Assembly: GCA_964648855.1 (NCBI GenBank)
Contig: CAZYLT010000015.1
Location: 28,682-60,681 of the forward strand
Source of the DNA: an uncultured archaeon
GTDB taxonomy: Archaea > Asgardarchaeota > Thorarchaeia > Thorarchaeales > Thorarchaeaceae
DNA: 32,000 nt
Direction of reading: 5' to 3'
Below the pieces are notes generated by a model. That model did not search any database, was not told where the DNA came from, and was given only the letters and a program-made list of their open reading frames with translations. Below, in pieces: positions 8,477 through 17,888 of this stretch. Each line of letters begins with the position of its first letter. The stretch's first letter is position 1. The position numbers were made by a program, and so were the translations under genes.

Positions 8477-9505
8477 CTACTTTATCCCCATTGTTAGAGC
8501 CATTATTGCCTTTTGTACATGAAGCCTGTTTTCCGCAACATCATAGACGATGCTCTTTTCACTGTCGACCACGTCATCCGTGACTTCAGAGTTCCTGTCA
8601 ACGGGCCCGCAGTGAGTGAAGAATGCATCGTTTGTCTTTGCCATCCAATCCTTAGTGGTTATCCAATCATCGTGCTTCATTGCCCGCTCAATTTCTATCT
8701 TCTTCGAGGCATCAACGCCATGCTTATTCATATTATCATAGAAGTCAGCCGTCATCCAATTACGAGAGTAGACAAAATCAGCGCCATCATATCCCGTCTC
8801 CAAATCATGAACAATGTCGAATCCTCCTCCAGAAGCATCCGCATTTTCTTCACACCACTTAATCACTTCAGGGTCCAAGTCGTATCCTTTAGGGTGTGCT
8901 AATGTCACATCCATGCCGAGCCGAGTATTTATGAGAATACTTTCCTGTATTGAACACCAAGATCGAACAAGGGCGCCCTTTCCCCATACTTGGAGGATCT
9001 TTTTCCCTTTCAGGTCCTTTCCACCGTGCATCCGCATACCCATAACATCTGCGAATCCTTGGCATGGGTGAAATCTATCATGAGCCATTGATATGATTGG
9101 CACAGAGGCATATTTCGCGTATTCCTCAAGGAGTTCATGTCCCTGCCCATATTCTTCAACTGCGGTCTCCAAAACTCTGAGACCTATTCCGCAAGAATAT
9201 CTGCTCATGACTTCTGCTGCATCCTGAACAGTTTCACCTGCACTTTTTGAAGTCTTGAGTCTCATGCTTTTCGGTTCAAGAAACTGAGCATGACCTCCCA
9301 GTTCAGTTGCGGCAGCTTCAAAGGATTGTCGAGTTCTAACAGAGGGATTATAGAAGAACATCATGAAGGTCCTTCGATCCAAACAGTTCCTCAGTGGATG
9401 GTTGAATCGGTTCTTCTTGAAATCGAAAGAGAGGTCGAGCGTTTTCTCAATCTCATCAACACTCCAGTCTTGCGTAGTAAGTAGGTCGCGGCCGTGTAGA
9501 TTCAT
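8477..9505 (-). CDS. Transcarbamylase of the N-acetylornithine carbamoyltransferase (ArgF'/knotted) type, atypical active site
   Basis: FFYNPSVRTRQSFE carbamoyl-phosphate motif, HPCQ, HCGP in place of HCLP, AENRLHVQKAIM. The N-terminal TQDWS and the TRLGMDVTL segment resemble AOTCase. Confidence 0.85.
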   Translation of the reverse strand: MNLHGRDLLTTQDWSVDEIEKTLDLSFDFKKNRFNHPLRNCLDRRTFMMFFYNPSVRTRQSFEAAATELGGHAQFLEPKSMRLKTSKSAGETVQDAAEVMSRYSCGIGLRVLETAVEEYGQGHELLEEYAKYASVPIISMAHDRFHPCQGFADVMGMRMHGGKDLKGKKILQVWGKGALVRSWCSIQESILINTRLGMDVTLAHPKGYDLDPEVIKWCEENADASGGGFDIVHDLETGYDGADFVYSRNWMTADFYDNMNKHGVDASKKIEIERAMKHDDWITTKDWMAKTNDAFFTHCGPVDRNSEVTDDVVDSEKSIVYDVAENRLHVQKAIMALTMGIK

Positions 9506-9555
9506 ACGCTAAGAGAAGAGGAGCTTCTCTATAACTCTTTCAGTCGCGAAAAGCA

Positions 9556-9828
9556 TCATGCGTAACGTGTAACATGAGGTATAGTTGGGCGAGGGTTGAA
9601 CTCTGATGGAGGACGATGGGGTTCATTACGAGAACTCCAAAACCTGCGAATCTCATCTCTTATACGATTGCGTAGAAGCAGATTCCCGTCTTCGTCGGTA
9701 CAATTGGCGCAATTCCTATTGTCCATATCTCTGCCACCGTAAAGCTCAATCTTCACCATGGCTTTTCCACATAACAAACAGTAGGTTACGCGCTAAAATT
9801 TGCTATCACCTACCAAGTAGGTCACCAT
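9556..9828 (-). pseudogene. Zinc-ribbon protein (CxxC...CxxC) interrupted by an in-frame TAG at 9793-9795; pseudogene, non-canonical start or read-through
   Basis: The frame reads MVTYLVGDSKF*RVTYCLLCGKAM...NRNCANCTDEDGNL. The ORF-track start (TTG 9777) would cut off the first Cys of CLLC. Confidence 0.5.
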
Positions 9829-9939
9829 TGGTAAATTAAGCGTCGTTACTAACACAACCAGATTACGTTGTTTTTCGCAGTATCTCGATATCAGTTATCT
9901 ATCTCGACTAAGAAATTGCGTTAAATTGTACGACCAGTT

Positions 9940-10245
9940 TCAATAGGAAATATTGAAGCCTGAGTAGGGCTTCCAAGCTTCTGAATATTCGGGTTCACCC
10001 TTGTAAGCAATCTTCAGAGAATCAACACGAGGGCGAACACCTAACGTCGTTCGTTCAAGATTTTTCAGTCGGCTGGCCAGCTGATTGATTTTTTCCTCAC
10101 TGCCCTCGCAGAACACTTCAACATCGCCGTTCCTAAGATTTCGCACTAGCCCCTCCAATCCCAACTCGTTAGCAATTTTCCTTGTAGTTGCTCTAAAACC
10201 AACGCCTTGAACCTTTCCACTAATTATCATCCTTGCTTTTGTCAA
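9940..10245 (-). CDS. acyP: Acylphosphatase
   Basis: ISGKVQGVGFR and GLVRNLRNGDVEV signatures; TTG start after GGAGG. Confidence 0.93.
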   Translation of the reverse strand: MTKARMIISGKVQGVGFRATTRKIANELGLEGLVRNLRNGDVEVFCEGSEEKINQLASRLKNLERTTLGVRPRVDSLKIAYKGEPEYSEAWKPYSGFNISY

Positions 10246-10317
10246 ACGTATACCTCCTCTTGGAACTGCAAATCATTAATCCACTGCAGAAGCTAATCAA
10301 AACATTCAGTCGGTCAC

Positions 10318-10566
10318 TCATTTTTCTTTTGATATCTCAATGAATGCATCAACAGCCATTTTGGCGCACGGTATGCGTACCCGTGATTTAGTAAATCTAT
10401 TTAGAATTACGTCATCTTCAAGCCAATAGAATTGCTGGTGAGCTAGATATTCTATTAGAAGATGAACAATATCCAACGCCTGCACCCAATAATCAATGGC
10501 ATACGCCCCTATTTTAATTATGAAAATGGTGAGCCCAAAAAGAACAATAAGATTACCCCATTCCAT
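10318..10566 (-). CDS. Hypothetical small protein with an N-terminal hydrophobic helix
   Basis: 82-aa ORF filling the gap between two co-oriented genes; no recognisable motif. Confidence 0.3.
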   Translation of the reverse strand: MEWGNLIVLFGLTIFIIKIGAYAIDYWVQALDIVHLLIEYLAHQQFYWLEDDVILNRFTKSRVRIPCAKMAVDAFIEISKEK

Positions 10567-10594
10567 TCGGGCTCAATTGTCAAGTGCATGCAAC

Positions 10595-11641
10595 CTAGCG
10601 CATCGTTAATGCCATTACGGCCTTCTGAGCGTGCATCCTGTTTTCTGCTTGATCGAAGACAATAGATTGTGGTCCATCAACGACTGAATTGGTGACCTCA
10701 AATCCGCGATCACAGGGCAGGCAATGCATGTAGTAGGCATTGGGTCCTGCAATCTTCATCTTCTCATCATCACAAATCCAATCCTTGTTTTTATCAAAGA
10801 CCTCTTGAGATTTCTCAAGCTCTGGCTTGTCATTAAATGGTGGAATGAACTCCTTGCAGGTCCAAGCCTTTGGATACACAACTTGGGCACCCTCAAAGGC
10901 CTCGTCCATATCATTCATGATTTCAAAGCTCGAGTCGTTCTTTTCAGCGTTCAGCTTGCAATGTTTGATGATCTCATCATCGAGTTCCATACCCTTGGGA
11001 TGAGCAAGAACAGTTTCCATCCCCATCTTCGTAGCTGCAATGATTGCGCTCTGTGGGACAGCAAGTGGTTTGTGAACTGATGGAGAATAAGCCCAGCTCA
11101 TAACAAATTTGACATCCTTGAAGGTACCGAACTTCTCCTTCACAGTCATGACATCTGCCAATGCCTGACATGGGTGGTATTTGTCATCTTCCATGTTAAT
11201 TACTGGACAATCTGCCCAGTAGGCAAAGTTGTTTATGATTTCGTTTGCCTTGCCATAAATCCATCCGACGGGGTCGCCATAACATCTGATGGCTATGCCT
11301 TGTCCCATTCGGGATAGAACCCGAGCTACATCCGAAACACGTTCTGTAGAATATGCTTCCTCATCGCCCTCAAGTGCAGGAGCATAGATCTTGCTTGGGT
11401 CGAGAAAGTGTGCATGGCCCCCGAGTTGTGTCATTCCAGCCTCGAATGAATTCCTGGTTCTGAGACTTGAATTGTAAAATATCATGAATAAGGTCTTAGC
11501 ATCTAGAAGCTTATGCGGTTCCCAGAGCGCGTATTTCTTTTTCAAATCAATAGCTACATCAAGGAGGGTTTCGATTTCCTCTTTCGTATAGTCTAGCAGA
11601 TTGATGTAATCTCTGCCTCTAAAACTCTCGGTCTTTACCAT
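10595..11641 (-). CDS. Knotted-type transcarbamylase (AOTCase/YgeW-like)
   Basis: FYNSSLRTRNSFE, HPCQALAD, WAYSPSVHKPLAVPQS (compare YgeW WAYSPSYGKPLSVPQG), VYPKAW, HCLP, QAENRMHAQKA. Confidence 0.9.
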   Translation of the reverse strand: MVKTESFRGRDYINLLDYTKEEIETLLDVAIDLKKKYALWEPHKLLDAKTLFMIFYNSSLRTRNSFEAGMTQLGGHAHFLDPSKIYAPALEGDEEAYSTERVSDVARVLSRMGQGIAIRCYGDPVGWIYGKANEIINNFAYWADCPVINMEDDKYHPCQALADVMTVKEKFGTFKDVKFVMSWAYSPSVHKPLAVPQSAIIAATKMGMETVLAHPKGMELDDEIIKHCKLNAEKNDSSFEIMNDMDEAFEGAQVVYPKAWTCKEFIPPFNDKPELEKSQEVFDKNKDWICDDEKMKIAGPNAYYMHCLPCDRGFEVTNSVVDGPQSIVFDQAENRMHAQKAVMALTMR

Positions 11642-11774
11642 TGTGACTCACAACAAAAATAGTGAAAAAACCACTTGCTGAAAAACCTTCCCAAGTGCCA
11701 CAATAGAGGAAGCCTGCGAAGACTTAAGAGAGGTGACATGGTTTATTCCTAATTTAATGCGGTCGTGAGCATAG

Positions 11775-14384
11775 ATGAAGAGGAAGATAGCGCATCTGGG
11801 TTTGAGCCTAATTGGCCCTGTCACTCTAATCGTTCTATTGAGCATTCCAATCGGTCCACTTGCAGGCGGCCTAGGAATCATTCAACCCCTTGGAGGAATC
11901 TTCGATGTTGGTATTGGTCTTGATAATAAGGCAGACCAGACAATTGTCTTGGACGGGATTGATGATGAAGTAGAAGTCATTATTGATAGATACGGAATTC
12001 CTCATATCTATGCACAGTCGGCTAGAGATGCCCATATGGCACTGGGCTATATGCATGCAAAAGAACGGCTTTTCCAGATGGTTTTGCAGAATAGCCTCGC
12101 AGCAGGGAGAATCAGTGAAATCGTTGGCTCTTATGCAAGCAGCAGTGACAAATTCTATCGGGCCATTGGACTAGCTCGTTCCGCTCAGGCAACTTACGAC
12201 TGGTATCTAGATAACAACGATAATCCAGATGTAGCCTATGCTTTGGAACTTGTGAATGCGGAAGTGGATGGAGTAAACGCATTCATTAGATCGATGACGA
12301 GTGCCTCGACACCTATCGAATTCAAGCTTCTAGGCGTAACACCTGAGCTTTGGCAACCAGTTGACATCTTCATCTGGGCAAAGATGATGACGTGGGGCCT
12401 GTCAGGGGGCATTCGTGATTTCACGCGAGAGTATATGAGAGCCACACTCCAAAACGATTCGATGCTGAACGAGGTGTATTTTGATGCTCAACCATATTCA
12501 GTCCCGATTATCCCAGAACAGACGAATCTGAGCCTGGGAGAATACCCAAATGCACCTGGAGATGTTCCAATAGGTTCATTGTCCACCGAAGTCCTTGATA
12601 GTTCCAAACTGGCTCTAGCAAGAATAGAGCCGCAAAAGACGAGGAGAATCATTGACACTCTGAAAAATGTCATACAACCCTTCGGTACAGAAGACCTTGT
12701 TGGAAGCAATAGTTGGGTTGTTGATGGAACCAAGTCATCAACAGGGTTTCCAATCCTTGCAAATGACCCTCATCTTGGGTTGCAAGCGCCTTCTCTATGG
12801 TATGAAGCACATATAGTAGTGCCGGGTCTGCTTGACGTGTCAGGCGTTTCATTTCCTGGACTGCCCGGGTTTGTATTGGGCTACACGAATCATATTGCGT
12901 GGGGTCTCACAAATGTCGGAGCAGATGTCCTCGATATCGTAGTTGAGAAGATAAATCCAGAAAATTCGAGTCAATACGAATACAATAATGAATGGAAGGA
13001 CTTCACGATTCATGATGAAACAATTCACACCAAAGAGGGCACGGAGATTCCATTCGAAGTAAAATGGTCCGTACATGGCCCCTGCATCGATTCAGTTGTT
13101 GAAACTCATGACAAGGATACCGATGCAGAGCCCAATCTCGCAATGATGTGGACTGGAAATCAAATTACGCATGAACTCTTGTCAATGGCGATATTAAACA
13201 AAGCGACTGGCATCGAGGATTACCATAAGTCGATGTACTGGTGGGACTCGCCGCCTCAGAATATTGTATATGCCGACGATGCAGGGAACATTGCAATGAC
13301 AGTAGCAGGTAGGTTTCCAATTCGATCCGGTTACACCGGTGAATTCCCGGTTCAGTTGTTGAACAACTCTGTAGGCTGGACCGGATACATTCCATTCGCC
13401 CATAATCCACGATCTGTGAATCCAGCACAGCACTATCTTCAGAGCGCAAATCAACAACCAATTAACTTCGATGATTATGGTTATCAGTTGCTTGGACCAT
13501 TCGCCTCTGGCTATAGAGGAAGACGAATAAATCAGCTCCTCAAAAATGATGAAAGTGTGACTATGGAGGATATGATGAGGTACCAAGCTGACTCCCTCGA
13601 CATTTCAGCAAGAGAAATTGTGCCCATTGTACTCGATGACTGGTCATCCCTTAACAACACGAATAATTCAATACAAGACCTTGTTGATGGACTTGAAGAT
13701 TGGGACTTTGTGATGAAGACAAATAGCACGGCTCCCACCATCTGGCTCTATCTTCAAAGTGCTCTCAACTACGAGGTGTTTGATGAAATCTGGACGGCGG
13801 GCTCTGACATAATGATGCCATTCATTCCAGTCTTAGAAAAAATGCTTAAAGAAAATAATACTTACTATCTGGATGATCATAGAACACAGAGCGTTATAGA
13901 AACACGTGATGACATTGTGCTCCGGGCTCTTCATCGGACCCTCAATCATCTTGTTTCGGAACTCGGAGTGAATGAAATCAATTGGCAATACGGAGAACAG
14001 CATATCATCGTCTTAGAGCATCTAGCAGGCCTGACCTATATTGGAGGAGGACCTCATCGAGGAAGTGGCTTCACTCTTAATGCAGCCTATGGTCGCAGGT
14101 CATCCGGTTGGCAGGAGAGATTTGTTGTTACATCGGGCCCGTCTTGGAGAATGGTGGCAAATCTGGGTGATATCGAGAATTCATACGGTGTGTATCCAGG
14201 TGGTCAGAGTGGTGTTCCATTCAGCGAACATTGGGCTGATTTATTCGATCTCTGGTATTCATTTGATGAATTTCTTGGATATTATGCATATCACAGGATG
14301 TACTACTATTCCACGCCAGCTGACTTCAGAAACAATGATATTGACGATAACTTGATTGAACGAACTATAACATTCGTCCCATAG
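11775..14384 (+). CDS. Penicillin acylase family (peptidase S45, Ntn hydrolase), membrane anchored
   Basis: N-terminal TM; DRYGIPHIYA, GYMHAKERLFQM, autoprocessing site GSNSW (Ser codon 12705-12707), LANDPHL, QNIVYAD, SANQ, GPSWR, PGGQSG. Confidence 0.93.
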   Translation: MKRKIAHLGLSLIGPVTLIVLLSIPIGPLAGGLGIIQPLGGIFDVGIGLDNKADQTIVLDGIDDEVEVIIDRYGIPHIYAQSARDAHMALGYMHAKERLFQMVLQNSLAAGRISEIVGSYASSSDKFYRAIGLARSAQATYDWYLDNNDNPDVAYALELVNAEVDGVNAFIRSMTSASTPIEFKLLGVTPELWQPVDIFIWAKMMTWGLSGGIRDFTREYMRATLQNDSMLNEVYFDAQPYSVPIIPEQTNLSLGEYPNAPGDVPIGSLSTEVLDSSKLALARIEPQKTRRIIDTLKNVIQPFGTEDLVGSNSWVVDGTKSSTGFPILANDPHLGLQAPSLWYEAHIVVPGLLDVSGVSFPGLPGFVLGYTNHIAWGLTNVGADVLDIVVEKINPENSSQYEYNNEWKDFTIHDETIHTKEGTEIPFEVKWSVHGPCIDSVVETHDKDTDAEPNLAMMWTGNQITHELLSMAILNKATGIEDYHKSMYWWDSPPQNIVYADDAGNIAMTVAGRFPIRSGYTGEFPVQLLNNSVGWTGYIPFAHNPRSVNPAQHYLQSANQQPINFDDYGYQLLGPFASGYRGRRINQLLKNDESVTMEDMMRYQADSLDISAREIVPIVLDDWSSLNNTNNSIQDLVDGLEDWDFVMKTNSTAPTIWLYLQSALNYEVFDEIWTAGSDIMMPFIPVLEKMLKENNTYYLDDHRTQSVIETRDDIVLRALHRTLNHLVSELGVNEINWQYGEQHIIVLEHLAGLTYIGGGPHRGSGFTLNAAYGRRSSGWQERFVVTSGPSWRMVANLGDIENSYGVYPGGQSGVPFSEHWADLFDLWYSFDEFLGYYAYHRMYYYSTPADFRNNDIDDNLIERTITFVP

Positions 14385-14395
14385 GTGGAGATTAT

Positions 14396-14842
14396 TTGAG
14401 CAGAATTGATGACTTGTTTCCAAACATCGGAATCATACCAAGTGCCATTATTGTGGCCGTGGTAGGAGCAGCCCTTCAGTTAAGTGGGCAATGGATACTG
14501 ATGCTATTGGCTGGTTTTGTAGGAGCGCTATTTACAAGAAAATACTTACATTCCTTTGCTGCAGGATTCATTGGTATTGCCTTAGCTTGGTCTGGTATCT
14601 TTGTATTTTTGATTGTCGCAGCACAGGCATTGGAGATTGCAGATTTCTTCATTGGGCTCCTTGGATTTTCAGGCCTTGGCTTCATAGTGATACTGATTAG
14701 TGTCCTGATTGGAGCTCTTCTCGGTGGTTTTGGTGGAATATTGGGCAGAGCAGTTTTGGAGTTAGTTGACGAAATAATTACAAGCGAGGGTAACGGAACG
14801 AAAATCGAGGCAGTCCAGAGTAAGAAAAACATTCAAGCGTGA
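14396..14842 (+). CDS. Gly-rich small membrane protein (about 4 TM, DUF5518-like)
   Basis: TTG start after GGTGGAG, 11 nt downstream of the acylase; glycine-zipper helix IGALLGGFGGILG. Confidence 0.75.
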   Translation: MSRIDDLFPNIGIIPSAIIVAVVGAALQLSGQWILMLLAGFVGALFTRKYLHSFAAGFIGIALAWSGIFVFLIVAAQALEIADFFIGLLGFSGLGFIVILISVLIGALLGGFGGILGRAVLELVDEIITSEGNGTKIEAVQSKKNIQA

Positions 14843-14932
14843 GAGTCTTTGCATACCATCGTTATAGGGCAGAGCTTTTATTCTCAATGACAAACCAAGA
14901 GCAAAGAGTGCGTGTACAAGGAGTAAGAAGTC

Positions 14933-16117
14933 ATGCATAGAGAATTGACCAAAGGTGTGTACTACGTAGGCGTTGATGACCACCATACTGAATATTTTGA
15001 GAATCTATGGAAATTACCCTTCGGGGTGTCATACAATAGCTATTTGATTGTGGACGAGAAGATAGCTGTTGTTGAATTGGTCAAGGGTCCATGGGCACAG
15101 GAATGGATTGACAATATTAGAGAAATTGTTGATCCGAAGGATATTGACTACATTATTATGAACCACATGGAGCCAGATCACACAGGAGCACTTCCTGAGA
15201 TAGCCAAGATTGCCACACACGCTACCATGGTGTATACCAGAATCGCATCTGGAATGCAGGAATCATTCTATGATGTTTCAAACGAAGAAAGGATTGTAGA
15301 TGACCTTGAAGAAATCAGCCTTGGACAAAAGACTCTAAAGTTCGTTCATGCCAAGTTTCTACACTGGCCTGAAACAATGATGACCTACCTGATGGAAGAT
15401 AAGGTCTTGTTTTCATGCGACGCCTTTGGTTCATACGGAGCCTTAAACGGGAAACATTTCGACGATGAGATTGATCTGCGAATGGTGGAACACGAGAGTA
15501 GAAGATATCTCTCCTCAATAATCACAAGTTATTTGAAATTCATTCAAAGAGGGATACAGAAAGTAAAGGATCTTGGGATTGAAATTGAGATGATTGCACC
15601 AAGTCACGGCCCGATATATCGGAATAATCCTATGTGGATTATTGAACGCTACGACCGTTGGAGCAGCCCCGAGCTTGAGAATAATTGCACCATTGTATAT
15701 GGTACGATGTATGGGTTCACTCACAGAGTCGCACACAAACTCAAGAAGGCAATAGAAAGCCATGGCGTTAATGTCAAGATTCACAACATCACATACAGCG
15801 ACATGAGCGACATAATTGTAGACACCATGCGGGCTGGTGTGATAGTTATTGGTTCACCAACGTATGATGCCTACCCGTTTCCACCGATTGGAACCTTCGT
15901 AGATGAACTCCAGGGCAAGAGATTTGCCCAGCGTTTCATTGGACTGTTTGGAAATTATGGGTGGGGCGGTGGCGCAATAAGGAAGCTCAAGCCAAGGCTT
16001 CGTGATGATGGATTCGAAATCCTCGAACCAGTAGTACGCGTCAGAGGAAAAACAAACGAAGAAGAAGAGAAACAGATCAAGCAGCTGGCGAAAGCGATTG
16101 CGTCTAAACTGGATTAG
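14933..16117 (+). CDS. fprA: Flavodiiron protein (A-type flavoprotein; O2/NO reductase)
   Basis: GVSYNSYLI, NHMEPDHTG, LHWPET, SCDAFG, PSHGPI, then flavodoxin-domain motifs YGTMYGFT, GSPTY and YGWGGGA. Confidence 0.95.
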   Translation: MHRELTKGVYYVGVDDHHTEYFENLWKLPFGVSYNSYLIVDEKIAVVELVKGPWAQEWIDNIREIVDPKDIDYIIMNHMEPDHTGALPEIAKIATHATMVYTRIASGMQESFYDVSNEERIVDDLEEISLGQKTLKFVHAKFLHWPETMMTYLMEDKVLFSCDAFGSYGALNGKHFDDEIDLRMVEHESRRYLSSIITSYLKFIQRGIQKVKDLGIEIEMIAPSHGPIYRNNPMWIIERYDRWSSPELENNCTIVYGTMYGFTHRVAHKLKKAIESHGVNVKIHNITYSDMSDIIVDTMRAGVIVIGSPTYDAYPFPPIGTFVDELQGKRFAQRFIGLFGNYGWGGGAIRKLKPRLRDDGFEILEPVVRVRGKTNEEEEKQIKQLAKAIASKLD

Positions 16118-16150
16118 TCGTTAATTACGACAAATACTGTTGAGAGAGTA

Positions 16151-16681
16151 GTGAGGCACACCCAAGTGACGGAAAATCAAGAAAAAACGGAGGGGGAAGA
16201 GATTGTATTTCAACCGCCTCAATGGAATAGAACGCATGAGATAAAAGAAACGATCCATATGCTCATCTCGCATCATCCTCCTTCTCTCTATGCACATTGT
16301 CTGAGGTTAACGATTCTCGGAAGATCAATCTACTTTTGTTCCAGATGCACCGGAATCTACGGGGGTATGGGATTAGGAATTGCGTTCTTCGCGACCCTAA
16401 ATATAGCTATGGAACCATCTTGGCTATGGTTTCTCATTGCTTTACTCTTCGGACTCTCAACTGTTGTTGATTGGATGACACAACGCCTCTCACCAAGAAA
16501 AACGAGAAACTCAATAAGATTCTCAACAGGATTGTTGAGTGGGCTGGGACTTGCGATCATATTTATGCTAGCTAACCTGCTCTATGTATTAGTTGCATTG
16601 GCTGTAATGATGGTTTCAGTTGGAGTAGTAGGGTACTTCGAAAACAAAAAGAGAGAAGATACAGATACCTCCAATCAATAG
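16151..16681 (+). CDS. DUF2085-family membrane protein
   Basis: CSRCTGIYGG motif, DWMTQ, N..RFSTGLLSG. Start may be GTG 16176. Confidence 0.8.
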   Translation: MRHTQVTENQEKTEGEEIVFQPPQWNRTHEIKETIHMLISHHPPSLYAHCLRLTILGRSIYFCSRCTGIYGGMGLGIAFFATLNIAMEPSWLWFLIALLFGLSTVVDWMTQRLSPRKTRNSIRFSTGLLSGLGLAIIFMLANLLYVLVALAVMMVSVGVVGYFENKKREDTDTSNQ

Positions 16682-16742
16682 ACCAATATGCCACATTTAT
16701 CCATGAAAATGGTTTTAACATAGTCGATTTCTACGAAACGCA

Positions 16743-17888
16743 GTGATTCACTTGATACCCTTTGCCAAGCCCATAATTGACCACGAAGAACTCGAAGCCG
16801 TAGAGAAGGTCCTGAAGAGTGGAATGCTAGCTGAAGGAAAGGTCTCTCGTGCATTCGAAGAGGAATTCAAGGAATACCTCGGAACGAAATACGCCACAGT
16901 CACTTCAAACGGGACCACAGCTCTGAGTACAGCATTAGAGGCAATGGATATCCAACCTGGAGATGAAGTAATAACTACTCCATTTACATTCATAGCGTCA
17001 GCCAATACAATCTCAATGATTGGGGCCATACCCATCTTTGTGGATATTGAGCCTGAAACATACAATATCAATCCCGAAAAAATCAGAGAAGCAGTCACGG
17101 AGAAGACCACTGCAATCATGCCCGTTCACATCTTCGGAATGCCATGTGACATGAAGCATATCATGGATATAGCTGAAGATGAGGACCTTATGGTCATAGA
17201 AGACGCCTGTCAGGCTCATGGTGGGACTATTGACCGACAGAAAGTTGGAACATTCGGCGATGTTTCGTCCTTCTCATTCTATGCAACGAAGAATATGATG
17301 ACTGGAGAAGGAGGGATGATTGCTACTGATAATGAAGAAATTCTGGAAAAGGCATTGATGATCAAGAATCATGGTAGAGGAAAAGGTGGAGGCTATAGTC
17401 ACTTCAGAATTGGATACAATAACCGTATGATGGACCTTGTAGCAGCCCTTGGTCGAGTCCAGCTAAGCAGACTACCCGAAAACACAGAGGCCAGAAGAGC
17501 CAATGCCGCAAGATACAACAAATTTTTCGAGGATATTAGCGGTATTCAGATTCAGATGGAACCTAAGGGGTTCCGATCCTCATATCACGTCTATGCTCCA
17601 AGAGTCATCTCCCATGAAAAAGATAGAGATGAGATAATTCAAGATCTGCGAGAGAAAAATGTGGGCGCACGAACAGTATATGCGTTGCCCTGTCACAAAC
17701 AGGGGACATATCTCAATATTGATGATTGGAGATGGGCTAGGTACGTTGATTATCCAGATTATTCATCCATCAAACTTCCAATCTCTGAGGATGTTGGACG
17801 CTCACATTTTGATATTCCAGTACATCCTCTAGTTACCGATGAGGACATGAATATGATTCTAGGAGCACTAGAAGAGATTCTAACCTAA
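16743..17888 (+). CDS. DegT/DnrJ/EryC1/StrS PLP-dependent sugar aminotransferase
   Basis: SNGTTAL, GDEVITTPFTFIASAN, IEDACQAHG, SFYATKNMMTGEGG (PLP lysine), GYNNRM. Likely start is TTG 16752. Confidence 0.93.
   Translation: MIHLIPFAKPIIDHEELEAVEKVLKSGMLAEGKVSRAFEEEFKEYLGTKYATVTSNGTTALSTALEAMDIQPGDEVITTPFTFIASANTISMIGAIPIFVDIEPETYNINPEKIREAVTEKTTAIMPVHIFGMPCDMKHIMDIAEDEDLMVIEDACQAHGGTIDRQKVGTFGDVSSFSFYATKNMMTGEGGMIATDNEEILEKALMIKNHGRGKGGGYSHFRIGYNNRMMDLVAALGRVQLSRLPENTEARRANAARYNKFFEDISGIQIQMEPKGFRSSYHVYAPRVISHEKDRDEIIQDLREKNVGARTVYALPCHKQGTYLNIDDWRWARYVDYPDYSSIKLPISEDVGRSHFDIPVHPLVTDEDMNMILGALEEILT

Noticed and set aside
9881-9907. Direct repeat TATCTCGA x2
   Set aside because: Only two 8-mers; compatible with chance, and not a CRISPR or IS end.
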